Shown here one piece after another: positions 62,425-64,000 of a stretch of DNA of 64,000 nucleotides (position 1 is the stretch's first letter; every line of letters begins with the position of its first letter). The notes below the pieces were generated by a model. The model made no database searches, had not been told where the DNA came from, and was given only the letters and a program-made list of their open reading frames with translations. The DNA is from Anthoceros angustus. Its lineage: Eukaryota; Plantae; Anthocerotophyta. The stretch covers positions 62,001-126,000 of the forward strand of contig MU008197.1 of assembly GCA_010909165.1 (NCBI GenBank). The letters run 5' to 3'. Both the position numbers and the translations under genes were made by a program.

Positions 62425-64000
62425 TCGGTAAGGAGCGCAGAAAAGGCTTCGACCATGGAGGGTAGGCAGGCCAGACCTGCAAGCCGCCGAGGACCCTGCA
62501 GCCACAGCTTGAAAAGGATTTAGGTTTTCTCTCCACTTCTGCAACTCATCCTTGCTGAGGCAACCTCCAATAGAGGGACCTACATTGGTGAACCGCTTAA
62601 CATTCTCCTCTATCAAGTCTCCACTTGGCTTCTCTGGTGTCTCTTTTGCCCGAGCATAGCAAGCAGATCGAAACTCTAAGGTTGGTAGCCACTGTACAGG
62701 AATTGAAGCAACACTCAAAACATAAAAAGCAGATGGCACCTACCCAGGTGACATACCAAAGGATTCATCATCTTGATAACATCCTCAGATTAGTACATGG
62801 ACAACAATTCCAAAGCCAACTTCTCTACAGACGTCCCCAAATTCAGGCAGTCAATAGAAAGCAAAATATACTCTTGGTCCTCTCGACTTGGAAGTCACCC
62901 AAGACAACCTACCAAAGGCTAGCACAAGCCAGACTTCAAACACATGCAATCCATCACCATCTTCTCTTTCTCCTTTTACGATCTAGTCATTAGAAAACCC
63001 AATTAATGGGCCTTCAGAGCTTCTGAGATAGCTCCGAGTACACTTGGTTGCCCTCAAAATCTTCGAAACACCTTAAATCTGCACATCATGCCCAAGTTTC
63101 TGAACAACACCATGCTTCCAACCCTTCCCTGCTACCAAGTCTGCTACAAATTGAAACCTTGTATTCTCACCAAATTACTATAGCTGGCCATCAGCTGATC
63201 CCAAACTGTCTCCTGCACATGATGGTCGCAAACGTCCTATGTATTAGCTAATCCTTGAAGCTTGACAAGTCTGCAGGCTAGTATAGTAGAACTTAATAGT
63301 GCGGGCTTAATGTCTTCTCTCCTTCACACAGCCGCAATCAACACATGCGAAAACGACGGACCTCTAGCAATCCGCTACAGCTTGAACTTCCAACATCAGC
63401 AGCCATCAACCATAACAACACCTAAACTTCTAGCATCAGCAGCAATCAACCACAGTAGCAATTGAACTTCCAAAGATCTCGCGCCCATCACAACAGACTC
63501 GAACTTCCATCATCTACAACACCGCCATAGCAAGACCGGCCAACGCAACCGTGAACGTATCCATAGGCCTACAACGAGCACAAGTTGACAACAAAGTGGA
63601 GCCATGCCATTCATAAAAAAAAGGTTGTCTACTGTACAAAGTGCAAAATTGCACAGCTTACATCATACTCCATTTCCTACTGCGACCTTACTGCGGCGCA
63701 TCCTTTGCCTCCCCTAACACATAGCATACAAGAGCTGTTGCTGCAGCTCCAAGCCCTAGGGAGGAGGACCAAGCCTACACCACCTCCAACGAGTCCTCTA
63801 TGGTCTTCATGCTCAGGGGGAGGCCATTTAGCGTGGCCTCCATTTCCCCAACGGCGTTTCGCATCTCGTGCAATGTGCCCTCAAATCGCATTCGCCCACA
63901 GTGCCGCCTCCAGAAGCCCGCGTACGAGCATTGGGTGTTGCTGGCACCCACCTTGGCCTCCGCACTTCCTCCTCTGACACCATGTCCGACTCGGTGTAGT

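Noticed and set aside
62420-63500. Stop-interrupted coding-like text on the minus strand (possible retroelement or pseudogene)
   Set aside because: No diagnostic motif could be recognised without a search.

Overview
Gene-dense nuclear DNA from a land plant. Short GT-AG introns, GC-rich exons and a PLS-class PPR gene suggest a seed-free plant; hornwort-like is my inference, not proven. Genes in order: KKPEEKPY-repeat cell-wall protein, PLS-E+ PPR, two paralogous H/ACA snoRNA candidates, L-Ala-D/L-Glu epimerase, a deleted Ty1/copia element with both LTRs and TSD, GT92 galactan synthase, LAZ1/TMEM184-like, AMMECR1-like, a bacterial-type SxxK serine hydrolase, oligopeptidase A, a CRE-like retroelement remnant, SCC4/MAU2, EBF-type F-box/LRR, AIG1 GTPase, an EVE protein with an AT-hook/H1-like tail, and mevalonate kinase with a 1.56-kb tandem duplication of its 3' half. 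Many single-base indels in runs and repeats, plus imperfect tandem copies, suggest long-read consensus errors, so frameshifts should not be read as pseudogenes. Best leads: the covarying H/ACA snoRNA pair (8082-8572), the intronless tail-anchored beta-lactamase/AmiE-like hydrolase (HGT candidate, possibly muropeptide turnover with the epimerase), the EVE-AT-hook/H1-tail fusion, and a miRNA-like hairpin (53511-53601). All family calls come from motif recognition; no searches were run.
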